NCBI GenBank assembly: GCA_040954595.2
Contig: CM082588.2
Coordinates: 11,917,398-11,981,397 of the forward strand
From: Balanoglossus misakiensis
Taxonomy: Eukaryota > Animalia > Hemichordata
Direction: 5' to 3'
DNA: 64,000 nucleotides
Each line of letters starts with the position of its first letter. The first letter of the stretch is position 1. Positions 25,254-38,700 of this stretch are shown piece by piece. A model generated the notes under the pieces. That model was given only the letters and a program-made list of their open reading frames with translations. It ran no database searches and had not been told where the DNA came from. A program made the translations under genes and the position numbers.

Positions 25254-27437
25254 ATGTTTCCATTCATGACGAACTCCAATGCAGGCGTCGCAGTCATTCT
25301 GGCTTTCACGCTGTGGGCACCTCTGGTGACAGCAATTCCCAACAAGTTGCGGGTAAGTAATCACACAACCTATATGAGTGAAAGTTTCTTGTCATTTTCG
25401 CAACGTCAAGGTTGATATTCTCTTCTTGGATCGAAAATGTGTGACACAACAAATGAATCTGCGTGGCAGGGTCGGCTGTGTCTTTTGCTTCGAGGCATAG
25501 TCGTCAGACACACATCCCTAACACGCGAAGCCAGCTTATCTTTTGATCAAATGGCAGCGCTATTCTAAATATTTTACAGCATGCCGTAAAGGACAAACAC
25601 GTGCCGCTGGAAGAGGCCAACACTCAGCAGAGACGGCAAGATGTTAACGGAGGTGAGCCCCAACAATAAATTAATATTGTTCCTTTTATTTAGAAAACGC
25701 CGCATAATTAGCCAACCAATCATGGTTATGAGAAACCTCCAAAATACAATGTATCGATATTTACTGCATCTGTTCATACTTCGCCCGCGCTTTAAAAACC
25801 CTATAGTTGCTAAAATTGGCATATTTTTTTCCAGAGTAAAATACTTCATATGTATATTCCCTATTCCCTAAAATCTTCACCCGTGACCATTAAGCCATAT
25901 TACTTGCATTTGCATTGGTTTGTCATCACTTGGCGTCGCATTTCACTATAGCTGCTTAGCTGCTATTGTTTGTATGAAGGCTGATTAAATCGGTGAGGCA
26001 CCGTTTTAATACATAGCATGTTCCAATTGCAACATGCAGTCACAATCGGGCATCGATAAGATGTTTATGTATACCTATCAGTAAGCTTATTTTGATGAAC
26101 CAATTTAAGTTGGAAAATAAAATCATGAAAATAATGCAAAAAGTGGCAGCTTTGGAGGCTTTAAACTACAGTTCTCCCAAATTGTCTTGACTAAATGACA
26201 TACATGTGGTCAAAAGTTCTGACTGCAGAAGAGGTTGCAGCTGTGGCGGGGGACTGTTCAATTGGAGGAAATATATTTACATGGAATACAGACAATATTG
26301 AAATGGCAGCAGAAATAGTTCCGACTGAAAAGAATGCTATCTGCAGTGAGTATCACGACTTTAAAATGAAAGATTTTGCAAATTTAAAAAAAACATTGAG
26401 TGTTTTGACATGCGTCAGTGGTCAGTAACACACAAGCTGCATGATAAGAGGGTCACGAGAAATTGTAAGCCGCAATGTATAATGGATTAACTCCATGACC
26501 TATGCGACCTACGAACTGTGACGTACAGAATTTATTTCTACGTGTAATGCGGTCTGCGGCAGTGAGCCACAGACCGCATTGCGAGAGCAGTGAGAATTCA
26601 CCACAATGCAAACTTTCTGAACGTAGGTTGATCTTCGAATGAAATATTACCTTGTCACCAGTTTTCCACATGGCTACACTGTAAAATTGGGTGACGTGTT
26701 CGTTCACAAGTGGAATAATTGTGAGTAGTAAAGCACGCGAAGTTAAGCAACGAGCACGTTTTGAAATGCGCGCAGATGATCCCAGTTTAGCAAATTCAGG
26801 CCATTGCGTGCATGCAAAAAAAATAATACTGTACCGGGGGTGAGCCTACTTTCTTTCCATACAGATACACGTATATGTTGGTTAAGGTATGTGACAAACA
26901 GTTTTCATGTAACAGCCAGTGATGCTGACCATAAAACCAGCGCAGCTGATGCTTTCATCTACAATTTGCAACATGGACGTTTGTGTCTCTGCATGTGTCG
27001 TGCATGTTACTGCTGAACAAAAAAGATATGCGGGCACCACAGGCTGGCGAAAGCGGTGCTCACGTGCTCTGCAAGCTGATGTTGTCACTAAATTGGCAAA
27101 GTATTGTACACATGAAGGAGTTTCTTGAGCTGTCTGTTGTATAAATGTCGGTTGTGAGTACATTATTTTTTATTTTTTTTAATAATTTTCAAAGCCCCTA
27201 TGATTGAAGCATATTATTACGACTCATCCGTTCATCATTCATTCATTCATTCATTCATTCATTCATTCATTCATTCATTCATTCATTCATTCATTCATCC
27301 ATTCAGTCAGTCACTGTACCAATTGAAGACGCCCTTGTATAGGAGAATTTAGCTATGTACTGACTGTCTTTTCATTTTTTCTTCATCCTATAGAATCTAC
27401 CGACCTGGTCGCTGTCAATAACAATTCAACTCCTTAA
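25254..27437 (+). pseudogene. Secreted pentraxin-domain gene with internal deletion: exons 25254-25352, 25580-25652, ~26172-26345, 27394-27437
   Basis: TATAAAA at ~25195; signal peptide MTNSNAGVAVILAFTLWAPLVTA; canonical GT-AG junctions with consistent phases; YMWSKVLTAEEVAAVAGDCSIGGNIFTW matches the pentraxin C-terminus. Exon 3 hits TAA after VLPNCLD and most of the domain is missing. Confidence 0.7.
27224..27312. repeat. (ATTC)n microsatellite
   Basis: Direct reading. Confidence 0.95.
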
Positions 27438-29804
27438 ACATCCTGTGTGTGTGAAGTCTATGAACACTGGCCATGCATTTCAATTCAAGGACAAAATGAA
27501 TGCGCAATATTTCGTTTTATCGAGAGTAATGTGCAGTGATTAAATTAGCTAGGGCTCTCTTAGCAGATTTGGAGTTAGTCATTTTGGTAGAAACTTTTCG
27601 AGATGGGAAATCTTTGGTCATCTAACCAAGTTATTTGTATTTTTGTTATATAAGACAGAGTAATTTCCATATCATAGATGCAAGTTTAATTTATAACATG
27701 AATTTGAATAAAATATTGTTTTTTAAATATCACCACATGAATTTGAATAAAATATTTTTTTTTAAATATCACCAGATTGAAATCTTTGGAAGTTTGCACT
27801 TAGAGGGATGGCATGGCAGTTTTCCACTGTTCATATTACAAAGAATTTGGCGTCACGTGTAGATTTCATGAGTGTTCGAGTTTTGCTCTTCCCAGCCTCG
27901 TACCCACAATCCTCTGATACTTACACTTACGTCAGTTCTATAGCCGCTGACCCACTAGATTCTCCTTATGAATTGCCCAAATTATTTTTTGGTATAGTTT
28001 TGATAGTTGGTGCACGGAAACTTTTGATCGATTCACGAAATTCAAAATATGTTACATCACAAACCTCATAAAATGGAGGCTAGAGTAGCCTGTTTGTTTT
28101 CAGGTAATTTTACAATTACCTCAATTACCTTTTTTCGAGGGAGGGGGTTAAGAAAACATACAGATTGAAATAACAAGGAAGTGGTATATCAAACCGAAAC
28201 CTTATCTCAATCGTGATTCTAGAGTGTTTCCATGTCATGTGACATCCACAAAAATGTGGTATTATCTTGAAAAGAGTCCCGATTTCCCAAACTGGTTTTG
28301 CGAATGTACTTCACTTTGGAGCAATGCATGAGTACATTCGTAGAAAGATATTGCTCCACTATTTACTGACACTCCTCTTGTACTGCAAATATTACTGCAT
28401 TCTGTCAGGGCAAGACAAAAGACACAGCAGAACTGCCAGAATTAAAACAGACAACTGGCAATTTCAATAAAACATGTAATAACAAATATATGTAACATTG
28501 AATGAGGTGTCCATACAGCTTGGTCATTTAAAGACCTCCAGTCATTGTGACAATGCATAAATATTTATGTACACCATGTTAAAAATTAGTTCAGGCATAC
28601 CTTATACATGTATGTTTTTGACTGACCATATCCTCAGCACGCCCTTTTTTTTCAAAAAGACTATCATTATTCTCTGCCAGGCAGAGAGTTGCCGCTTTCT
28701 TGTTAACAATAATATACTATTATAACATTGCATAGATTCCTGTTTGTTTCTGTCCATATCTCACAAACTGTGGTGTGCATACTGTTGAAATGACCTCAAG
28801 AAGAAAATGCCAAATGGAAAAATATTTGACATACTAACCTGTATGATAATGTTATACGGTACATTATATTTAACGGTTCCAATCCAATGTTGAGAACTAA
28901 CAAAACAATTTGAGCAGAATTCATTTAAAATTAATTGCAGTTCCGTTTCACCGCATTTCATAGGATGCTGGCTAAAATTCATACTATGGTGGATTACCTG
29001 TTATGCATTTCTTTCCCTATTTCGTCTGGCAGATTTGAGTTTGGCAAGCTGTCATTTTCCTTTCAGCTCCGCAAAATTGATGGATTTACTTTGACAGCAC
29101 ACAGACTGTCCATGTGTCATCGGAGATACAAGCAGCATCAGGTGCTGAACAGCTTGCAGCAGTGTTGGAAAAGAGTACACAACACTAACTTGCAAGAGTG
29201 CTTTGGCCCTTTCTTCACACTGTCCGAAACTTGTTGTGTTACATCATTGCTTAATGAATAAGAAATACACAGGTATTTAGCGTTCTATTCAATACCTACA
29301 ATAGATAAAAGGGTGTCGGTCTGTATGCGACAATCTTCAATGTTCTTATGAGCACAAGGCTTTATTCAGGGAACGTTTTACAGTAAGAATTATATGATAT
29401 AAACTGAATAAGTTTGTTGTCTGTCAACTCTTCTGTCTTTGTCTTACCGATACGGTTCTAACCGCGAACACTGAGGCTTCTCTGCTCGTACACAGTATAA
29501 ATCAATGGATGATAAAATGCGCCCTCTTTTGGTGAACTCTTCCTACCGCCCGACCTTCTACCATACATTAAGGCATGTAGGGCGGCCAGGTAGATGGCAG
29601 TGTATTGCAAGCGTCTCTTGCATATTTTTTTTCCGCCAGGAATGGCATACATTCGTTTTTGGCGACACCACAACTGCTGGAACTTCTCGAAAAATTGAGA
29701 GCCGGATTTCATAAATGCTCATGTTTTCCGAAGGGCTGAAAGAAGATCCAGAGTGGAATATTTAAATTTGCCTGTGGCAGACATCATAGTGGCTGCCAGT
29801 TATT

Positions 29805-29995
29805 CTATTTCTTGTGCAAGAGATAGTATCTTGTTCCAGCGAGATGTTTTCTCGTGTGCACGAGATACATGCTATCTCGTGCATATCTCGTGCGCACGAG
29901 AAAATTGCGAGCGCACTCGTGTTCACGAGAAAATATCACATGCACACGTAAGTCGTGCGCACGAGATAAAAAAATGTGCCCTGTAGTCTTTCTTA
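29805..29995. repeat. Cluster of palindromic CTCGTGCGCACGAG-like units, probably the terminal region of a non-autonomous DNA transposon
   Basis: About six variants, e.g. ctcgtgtgcacgag, ctcgtgcgcacgag, ctcgtgttcacgag, gtcgtgcgcacgag. Confidence 0.7.
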
Positions 29996-32679
29996 GGACA
30001 TGGTAGCGTGACGTCGCATTGTAATTAACGGACGATCTTGGAAATTCGGCTATTAATGGTGAATGGACTTTCGCCTCCTTCGAACAACAACAGAGACTGA
30101 CGTCGCAACAATGACAGAAAAAGTGAAGCAAATGGCCGACAAAACGAAGAGAATCGGAAAACGGGCAGGATCCTCGGCACAGACATCTGGGAATAATACC
30201 ACCACATCAAATAGAACGACGAGTAGTCCAGGACAAACCGCCACCAGTGACTATGACAACAAGTCTGAAGGCGATGCTGGCGAACCCTTGCACAATACAA
30301 CTACAGTCCTACAGAGAAATGCAGCCCAGCGCCACTCAAGATTTTCCATTCCTGGTCTGGCAGCAGCCAAAATATGTTGTTGTTTTTTCTCTTAGAAGCG
30401 ACCTCAGTCTGAGCTGAATGAGAATAAACTGTAGGTTGGGAATACAACAAAAAAACACGCAGTCGCTGCGGTCAACACGTAGCTATTAGTTTCGGTTTTA
30501 TGTTCGCAACAGCTCGGAAACCAAAATGTGGTACAACTTCAAGCTACATAAACTGGAAAGCATAGTACGTGCAGAGCAGACCATGGTGACGAAAGCAGGT
30601 ATTCTAGGTCGTAAGATAAAAACACGGCGCTAGAAAAACAGTCATCAAAAGTTGCACGTGTTCCCCGGCCACAAATAATGTAATTGTTGGCGCACAGAAA
30701 GTCCAGTCGATAAACGTTTACGCTATAGAAACTCACTCTCTCAGCAAAAGTCTGACACCCTCGTCAATGACAAAACGCAAACCGAGCTGGGTATGATCAA
30801 GTCAAACATAGGGCCAATCCCCACTCTGTGTTTTATTATTTTCCACATACGATGGTTCTAAATAAAAATGTATCTATTTGAAATGCTTACCGAGGTAAGA
30901 TCATTGAAAGTTTTCAAACGTTGATGACAAATGTATAACTGATTTTTTACAAATGAATAATCGCGCACTTGCATGTTATTTTCTCTATACCAGACACCGC
31001 GCGCGCGCCGTTGGCAAAAAAAAAACGCGGAAAATTATTGAGCATGCGCAGTCGATACTTCACATTGTAAACAAGATGGCGTCGCTGCCTATGCTTCTGG
31101 ACCGCTGTCGCCTGACTATGTCGGCAAAGAAGAGACGAATTTAACCATGCAACGCCATATCGGAAGATAGAATGATCGCGAGATGAAACCGGGCTATCCA
31201 ACGATTAGGCAGCCATGTTGACTGATTGGTATGTCGCCGAAGTAATTATTTGCCATTGATTTGTTTACCAGAAACGGTTTGCCTTTGGAACACATTTGGC
31301 CTCACCGAAATTGATTTCAGAGTTTTTTTCCCAAAAACTAATGACGTTCGTTTTCACCTGAGTGCGAGGATGGATTGAAGGGACACAAGCTTTTGTAGCC
31401 ACCAATATTTTGACACTCTTTATATCAATGTTGAGCTGGCATATTTGCTCCAATATGATGTAGTGTACCTGTTGCATTGAAATGAAGCTGTAATAATATT
31501 ACAGTGCAATCTAGTCCTTTGGGTTAATAGGAAAACGAGGTCAATAAATAACAGGTTTATTTAAATACAGGATATATTTATCACAAGCACTTATGCATAT
31601 GTATGAGATACTTATTTATTTTAATTTATTTTTTATTTTTTATTTATTTTGTTCAGGTAATCATATGGATTCGTATGGAATCACATACACATTAATTGAA
31701 GACTATCATATCACAGAAGTCGAGCCGCCAGATGTGTAAGGTAACCATTTAGGTTTCATGACTAAGTTTGTTTAAGAATTCATAAAGCTACCCAATGAAT
31801 GAATTTCCTTAAAATTTCACAAATGTGACAGAGTTTGCAGTTGTGCAAGAAAGTGTGTATTATTCACATAAGAATTTTTTCGTATGCATTTTTCTGATGG
31901 CAATGCATTTGACTGTAAACAAATATGGATGTCAGTTAGTAGTGCTATTTTGTCAGTGAAATGGCTTCATCATCATCCCTCCAACCAAAGTTGAAACAGA
32001 GTTGCAAATATTGCACAGCTTGAAATCATAAAATGTTGCAAAATTGAACCAACCCTTTGGTCAACGATTATGTTCTTACAGCTATTATTAGAACCAGACA
32101 GTCTCAGGGAACAAGAGACATGGGCCTGATTTGCAAGTTGAGTTAGAACTGCCTTTGCCTGCCCACGGACGCCCCAATTTCAGCAAAAAATTATTGCATT
32201 AAAATATGAGTATGGAGAACTATGCTCTGTGTTTCTTTTGTTAGCTTACATAGCTGTTGTCATTCTAGTTTTTCCTCCGTCCTGTGAGCAGAGTTTCAGT
32301 TGCGAAAACCGACAGTTCTCAAAGTACAAAAGTACACCTAAATTGCCTCGGTGATGAGCATGCAGAATTTATCTGATGCTTCTTACTGGCAGAAGGACCC
32401 CACCAGTTGCAGATTGTGAATTCCATGGCACAAGGGAATTTACGCTTTGCGTTCAAATATAAATAATTAAATCCTGTAAAATTATTCTATATGTTATTTA
32501 TTGATGATTCAAAAGTGTTATGACTGATTGTGTTAGAGTACCTGTATTCCATATAAGCATGCTGTCAGTGCACATCCGATTGATAACAATTTCACATTTT
32601 TAAAAATTTGCTTCTCTGAATAATTATGAATACATAAAACTTCATATGATATAAATTGTCCTGATATCGTAAACATTAA

Positions 32680-33119
32680 ACCCCGATGCGTGGTATAAAA
32701 GACCCCCCAAATCAGTGGCGAATCTTAATGCCGTTTGACTGACAACAGACAACACCAACGATCTTGGCTCTATGAAAATCGGCCCAAACAGATCCAAGCA
32801 TAAAGAATTACACCACACAACGACAGTGGTTGGCTTTATAAACACACACGACATAAAGTTATCGATGAAAAAGTACACGAGCTTTTGAAACAACGATGAT
32901 TTTGGGAGAAATCTGGTTTCAGTGCTTTTCAGAAGCATCCCTGGGAAACAATAACCACGCCATTCAAACAGCTGTCAATCGCATAGAGGTGTAAAGTGTT
33001 CAATTATTTTCTATGTACATGAGATCAATTACACAGTTATTATGCACGACGACCACTCCCAAATAAACAACTGTACAAACACACGTTAATCCGAACCCCA
33101 GTACTTTCCGCACCGGGGT
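32680..33119. mobile_element. TTAA-targeting MITE, 440 bp (piggyBac/Kolobok-like target; superfamily unresolved)
   Basis: TIRs accccgatgcg / cgcaccggggt; TTAA at 32676-79 and 33120-23; empty site aggccttaatgt at ~22873-22884 in the left arm. Confidence 0.82.
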
Positions 33120-33169
33120 TTAAGGCCTAATGCCAGTGTCACAACATTGATTACCAGACCGTTTCCCTC

Positions 33170-33285
33170 TGTATGTATGTATGTATGTATGTATGTATGT
33201 ATGTATGTATGCAGCCATGTATGCATGTGTTTGTGTGTGTGTGTACATGTGTGTATGCATGTTACATGTATATATGGATGTATGT
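33170..33285 (-). repeat. (GTAT)n/(GT)n microsatellite within a HINE-like repeat
   Basis: Direct reading; shorter paralog at 22765-22806. Confidence 0.85.
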
Positions 33286-34222
33286 CTGCCCTGATCCAAA
33301 ACATGAAACCACGCTTTTTTTATTTTGGTGTGTAGATGGGATTTTGCTTAAATGAAGTTGTCATTGCAAAAATACGCAAATAACCTGTGAAATATGTGGA
33401 ATTGATCAAAACTCAACTACTGGTTAGACTGCTTTGAACATTTGTATGCATGTAGGTAATGTCATCATACCTGATATACTTTGAGTTTATATCGTGAATT
33501 GTCTATTTTTTATGCAATTATTTTGTCTTGTTTTACCATTTGAAAAAAAATCTTTTCCTCTTAAAGAGATTGGCTGATTTCTTTAGAATTTAGTATGACA
33601 CTTCCGGTAGGTGATCTTAGTTGGTTTTGTTTAAATTGTCGCAGAATTTGTAATCTGTCATTTTTGGTCAAAATTCATTTTCTGAGAAACTCCTTAGATT
33701 GCTTTTAAATTTTGGTATGCTTGTTCCAAGAGGTAACCCAAGTAATGTTGTATATCATTTTGGTGAAATTTACATATTGTGGTCTTGGGGCAATTTTTGC
33801 AATTTGTATTCTTTGAAACTACTAGTCAGATTGCTTTCAACTTTGGTAGGCGTGGTGATTGAAGTAGATATTATACAATTTGTTGATAGTTGGATAGATG
33901 TGGTTTGAGGCAGTTTTTGTCATTGTTGAATGTTGTTTTCCCTAAAATACTAGTCTGGTTCCTTTGAAATGTTCTTACAGTAGGTCATATCTGCTTGCCA
34001 ATGTCACATGATTTTTCCCATGAACACAGACATACCTAATTTTGTGTAATCCCCAGATGGGACCACAGTGTGTAATAACCTGACCAACAGTGACTAGTAT
34101 ATCCTGTGTGTTATACAGTACTTCTCACAAGGTTGAAGTACATGTAGACTGTTGATGATTTTTTGCGATTCTTCAGAAACTTACAATACAGAGTCTAATG
34201 TGGTAACGTCCATGGTCACATT

Positions 34223-35717
34223 AGTCCTGTTTCAAAATGACCTACATTACACGTCCTATACACATGTATTGCATGTTTTGATTGGTTTATCCGCTTCTCT
34301 TAGGTCCACTTGCGGCACGCTGATTGGAGGGACCTTGTAGGTTAGGTCTTATTATTATGTATTATTCACTAGACCTTGTAGGTTAGGTCTTATTACTATG
34401 CATTTTTCGCTTTACAGCTCCCTGATTGGTTAACGTGTCAGTCTGGTCCCCCATGTGTTCACTGCCTCATAATACAGGACCTTGTAGGTTAGGTCATATT
34501 AATATGTATTTATTCACCATACAGCTCCCTGATTGGTTAACGTGTCAGTCTGGTCTCCCAGTGTTCACTGCCTCATTGTGAAATGTCCCATGTGCTTCCT
34601 GGCTAGCGTTGTGGTAACACATTATTCGGGATGTCCGCAGATCATTCATTAATTTTCTGAGAAATAGCCTGACTGATACTATCTCCAACATAAACCGCAC
34701 CCTGGAAAGATTAAATGATTTTTAGATGGACTTTGAAAATCTGATTAACACATCTAAGCATTTTTGCTAACAGTTGTATATTTTCTTAAATCACCCTCCT
34801 ACTTCTCATCATCAATATTATTATTGTTGTTTTACTATATTTAAGTAAATTTGTTTTGACGTAGATGTTGTGAAAAGGAGTACGTTGTCCGTTTATACAT
34901 TCGTATATTGTTTTCATAAAAATGGAACTATGACGGTGCAGCTTCGTGAAAGAAGTACAATAAAAGTAATCATACCTGTAAAGCAACTAATGAGGTATCC
35001 CAATTAAAGAAATGCAATGCTCTTCTAAACAGTTCTATTGTAAGATATTTTTGGTTTGCTCGAATGAATAGCACACACTTCGTATTCAGCCAGGTGTTAC
35101 ACGAAGTGATGCGCTGAAAAGCATTACGTAACAAAACACTAGCCCATTTCAACAAACCGCCACTGGAAATAAAATAAAAAAATTCTCCTGGCAATTTTTA
35201 TTTCGAGTATCTAGTTCACAGTATCACAAAAAAATGCCATGAATAGTGAAGGAAAGGTTAAATCCAATCATTATATGAGTGCCTTTCTTTATACACTGGG
35301 ATCGAGCTTCGACAACGCGCAGGCAGCATGCCAGACAGAATACAACAACTGTATTCAGAAAGTACAAAAGACTTTGCATAACGAGGCAGTGAAAATTGGA
35401 GACCTACACATTAACCAATCAGGGAGCTGAAAATTGAATAAATGCATGTTAATAAGACCTAACCTACAAGGTCCTGCATAATGAGGCAGTGAACACTGGA
35501 GGACCAGACCTACACATTAACCAATCAGGGAGCTGTAAAGTGAATAATACATAGTAATAAGACCTAACCTACAAGGTCTAGTGAATAATACATAATAATA
35601 AGACCTAACACATAAGGTCCCTCCAATCACCGTGCCTCAAGTGGACCTAAGATTACCAGATGGACCAATCACAGATGTCGGTACATATGTCATGGACCTG
35701 ACTTATGAAACAGGACT
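34223..35717. mobile_element. Foldback-like non-autonomous DNA transposon, ~1.5 kb, with ~340-bp modular TIRs
   Basis: Termini agtcctgtttca / tgaaacaggact; 3-bp duplication ATT (34220-22, 35718-20), supported by the empty site at ~21755-21780. TIRs built from repeated gaccttgtaggttaggtcttatta and ctccctgattggttaa modules. Confidence 0.85.
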
Positions 35718-38700
35718 ATTCAGAACTACCTCGTCTACGCCCGGCAGTGTTCTGTCCGCTTTGCTTCCAAAACTAATGTCTGGCCTCACTCATGCCACTT
35801 GCCCAATAAACTAATACCCCTTGCTGGGAATTATGATGTAACTAGCGTCGCTTTGAAGCCTATCACATTACTGAACAGTGTTGATTTGGTGTAAGATTAT
35901 AGTGAAGGCAGGGCATATTACATTGAAAATGCTACCCAACCTTAATTACATGTATGTATATCCTTTGTCTAATCATTGGAAAAACAATGTACATGTACCA
36001 AAGACTAAGTAGCTATTTGAAGGTGAATCGCAAGTGGGCACTTTCATTACTTAACCTCAAGCAGTCGGTTAGCTACCGTATACTAAGACAAACATTCCTG
36101 GTGTAATTAACATCACTGTCATTAGTAATATCTATCTCCAATCAGTATCAGTTCTGCCTTTATGTTATTTTAAGTCAATTGTCAAGGTTCATGTACATAT
36201 ATTACAGCTTAACTGTCTTGTCAAAAACTTACGCATGTACATGTACCTAATTCTAGGCTTACCTGTAGGGTTAGAGATACAGTGTTTTATATTAATATGC
36301 ATTAATATGAAACTAAAATTTGATGGTTAATTTAAGACCCCCCTGAGCAATGGTAACCTCGTTAAATATGTGCATATCTAATTCTAGGCTATTCAGCTGA
36401 AGTAGAAACCTGGACATGGACAACTTCGGGGTCAAAATCTTTTGACAAACATTTGTGTGATCTTGGGTAAACTTTGACCTACATTCCTATATTTTAGCAT
36501 CCGGAGCAGATACAACCTTGACACTTGGAGTGATAAAACTATTTGATTGAGTATTATGTCTTGCCTCATTAATTATGTACTTACCTAATGCCAGCCTAAC
36601 CAATAGGGCTGGAAGTCTGGCTCTTTGGACATGATAAATTTGAGATTTTTCTACAGCAGCCAGCCTTCTCTTAAAAAGAATGGACAATATAAAGGCTTTG
36701 ATGGTATGCTGAACTTTTGACTCCCTCCCTGAGACTGTGTGCCAATGACGGGATAGCCTACTCAGCGTTGGGTAGATCCTAAGAAGGCCTCAGCCAGGCA
36801 TCAAATACAAAAAGCGGAAATCCAAGCTTTAATGGTGGGTTACATCGTTAACTTCCCTGCAGAGCTGATTTCTCAGACTGTGAGCCAATGACGGGTAAAG
36901 CCCCTAGGTAGGGGCCACCTAAGACAGGCCGGTCATGCTTTAATCACAAAGAAGGGCAAGTTTAGTCTTACCACAACTTTGTCTGCTGTATATGCTTCAT
37001 AAAGATTGCAGAGTATTTTGAGAATACATTGTGTTAAGGCAGTGTGACCAGCTAAAAAGTACTGGCAAACACAGCCAATGTGTAATGAAAAACATCTAAT
37101 TTGGCTGAATAAAAGACATAAAACACAGCAAAAGCACTGTGACTAGCTGAGACATAATACTCCATTATGCAGTTCCATCACTCCAAGTGTCAAGGATGTA
37201 TCTGTGCCGGATGCCAAGATATAGGAATGTAGGTCAAAGTTTACCCAAGATCACCCAACATTTTGTCAAAAGATTTTGACCCCAAAGTTGTCCATGTCCA
37301 GGTTTCTACCGCAACTGGATAGCCTAGAATTAGATATGTACATATTTAATGAGGTTACCATGGATCAAGGCAGTCCTAAGTAAACCATCAAATTTTTAGT
37401 TTCATGTTAATTCATGTTAATATAAAACGCTGTATCTCTAACCCACTGGTATGCCATTCTGTGTTTCATGCTACCCAATATGGGTAAGTAGGTAAAAAGT
37501 CACCCTAGGCCATTTGAAATTTTGCTGAAAAAATCTCGTCTCTTACATATGTACATTTGGTAAAAGGGAAATTTTAATCACGGAGTAGAACATATTCATA
37601 AAAAATATTTGAGGGAAAGAAGGAAGTTTTTCATAGCTTTGGTGCGTCAAATAGTAGAGAGGTTCCCTTGTTATCCTTAGACTCAAACTCAGAGTTTCCA
37701 ATCTTTCAGTATTTTCATGATATTACTTTCCATCTTAGATTTGTTCATCTAAACAAACTGACTGATAGGTATACATGAACATTTTATTGACTAATGAATG
37801 TGACTGTATGTTGCAATTTAAAGAAGTCAGATATTAAACGAGCGCCACACCTGTTTTAATCAGCCTCCATATGGAGGGTACACATCGCAGAGAGATGACA
37901 AACCCCATGCAAATTCAAGTAATATGGCTCAATGGTGCTGATTTTAAAGGATAGGTGGATGATTTGAAAAATGTTATTGTGGAAAAAGATGTGTAAAATT
38001 TGGCAGCTTGTGAGGCTTTAATTGTAAAATCTTTGAAATGTGTTTTACTCTTTAGGTCCAATTTTGTATATGTCAATATACCATTGGGACCAATGTGAAA
38101 TTGTTCTAAACTCAGAAACTCAAGAAGGTACTGGTCAGATTGCTTTAGAAATTGGTGTGTATTTATGTTATTGAGACTTTATACAGATTTTATTTTTCAT
38201 TTTTGAAGTATATTTTTGGGGTGATTTTGGTCGTCATATACTCAGAAACCTCTACCCACATTTTTTTTAAAATTTGGTTTGCATGTTCTTAGGTGTGATT
38301 TTATGACAATTTAACAAACCCAGTGATGGAAGTGACAATATTGTTTTTGTTTTTTTGGCAATTTCTGCCATTTTTGTCTGATTGCTTTGCAATTTAGTTT
38401 GCAGTTTCTACGGAATTCTTACTGTGGTGCACAAAATTCACAAAGGTGATTTACTATCCTCATGCGCTTTGTTGAACTGGCACCCTGTTGCAAAACAGAC
38501 ATTACAACACTCTTTGAATTGAATTCATAGCTACCAATTTTTCGGGGGTGTAGCACCTTTTTATGCCTAAAACTTTGATCGAGAACTTCAAATTAAATGC
38601 AACCCTCCAAATATTTGCAATATTTCAGGTAAAATGATTTAATTTTAAAGCATAAATTTTGATGTATTCATAATCATTAAGAGAAACACATTTTGAAAAT

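Noticed and set aside
27695-27773. ~39-bp tandem duplication (a similar small one lies at 51963-52018)
   Set aside because: Ordinary local slippage with no sign of function.
34340-35610. Interstitial telomere repeats
   Set aside because: TAGGTTAGG occurs only as isolated modules inside the TIRs, not as tandem arrays.
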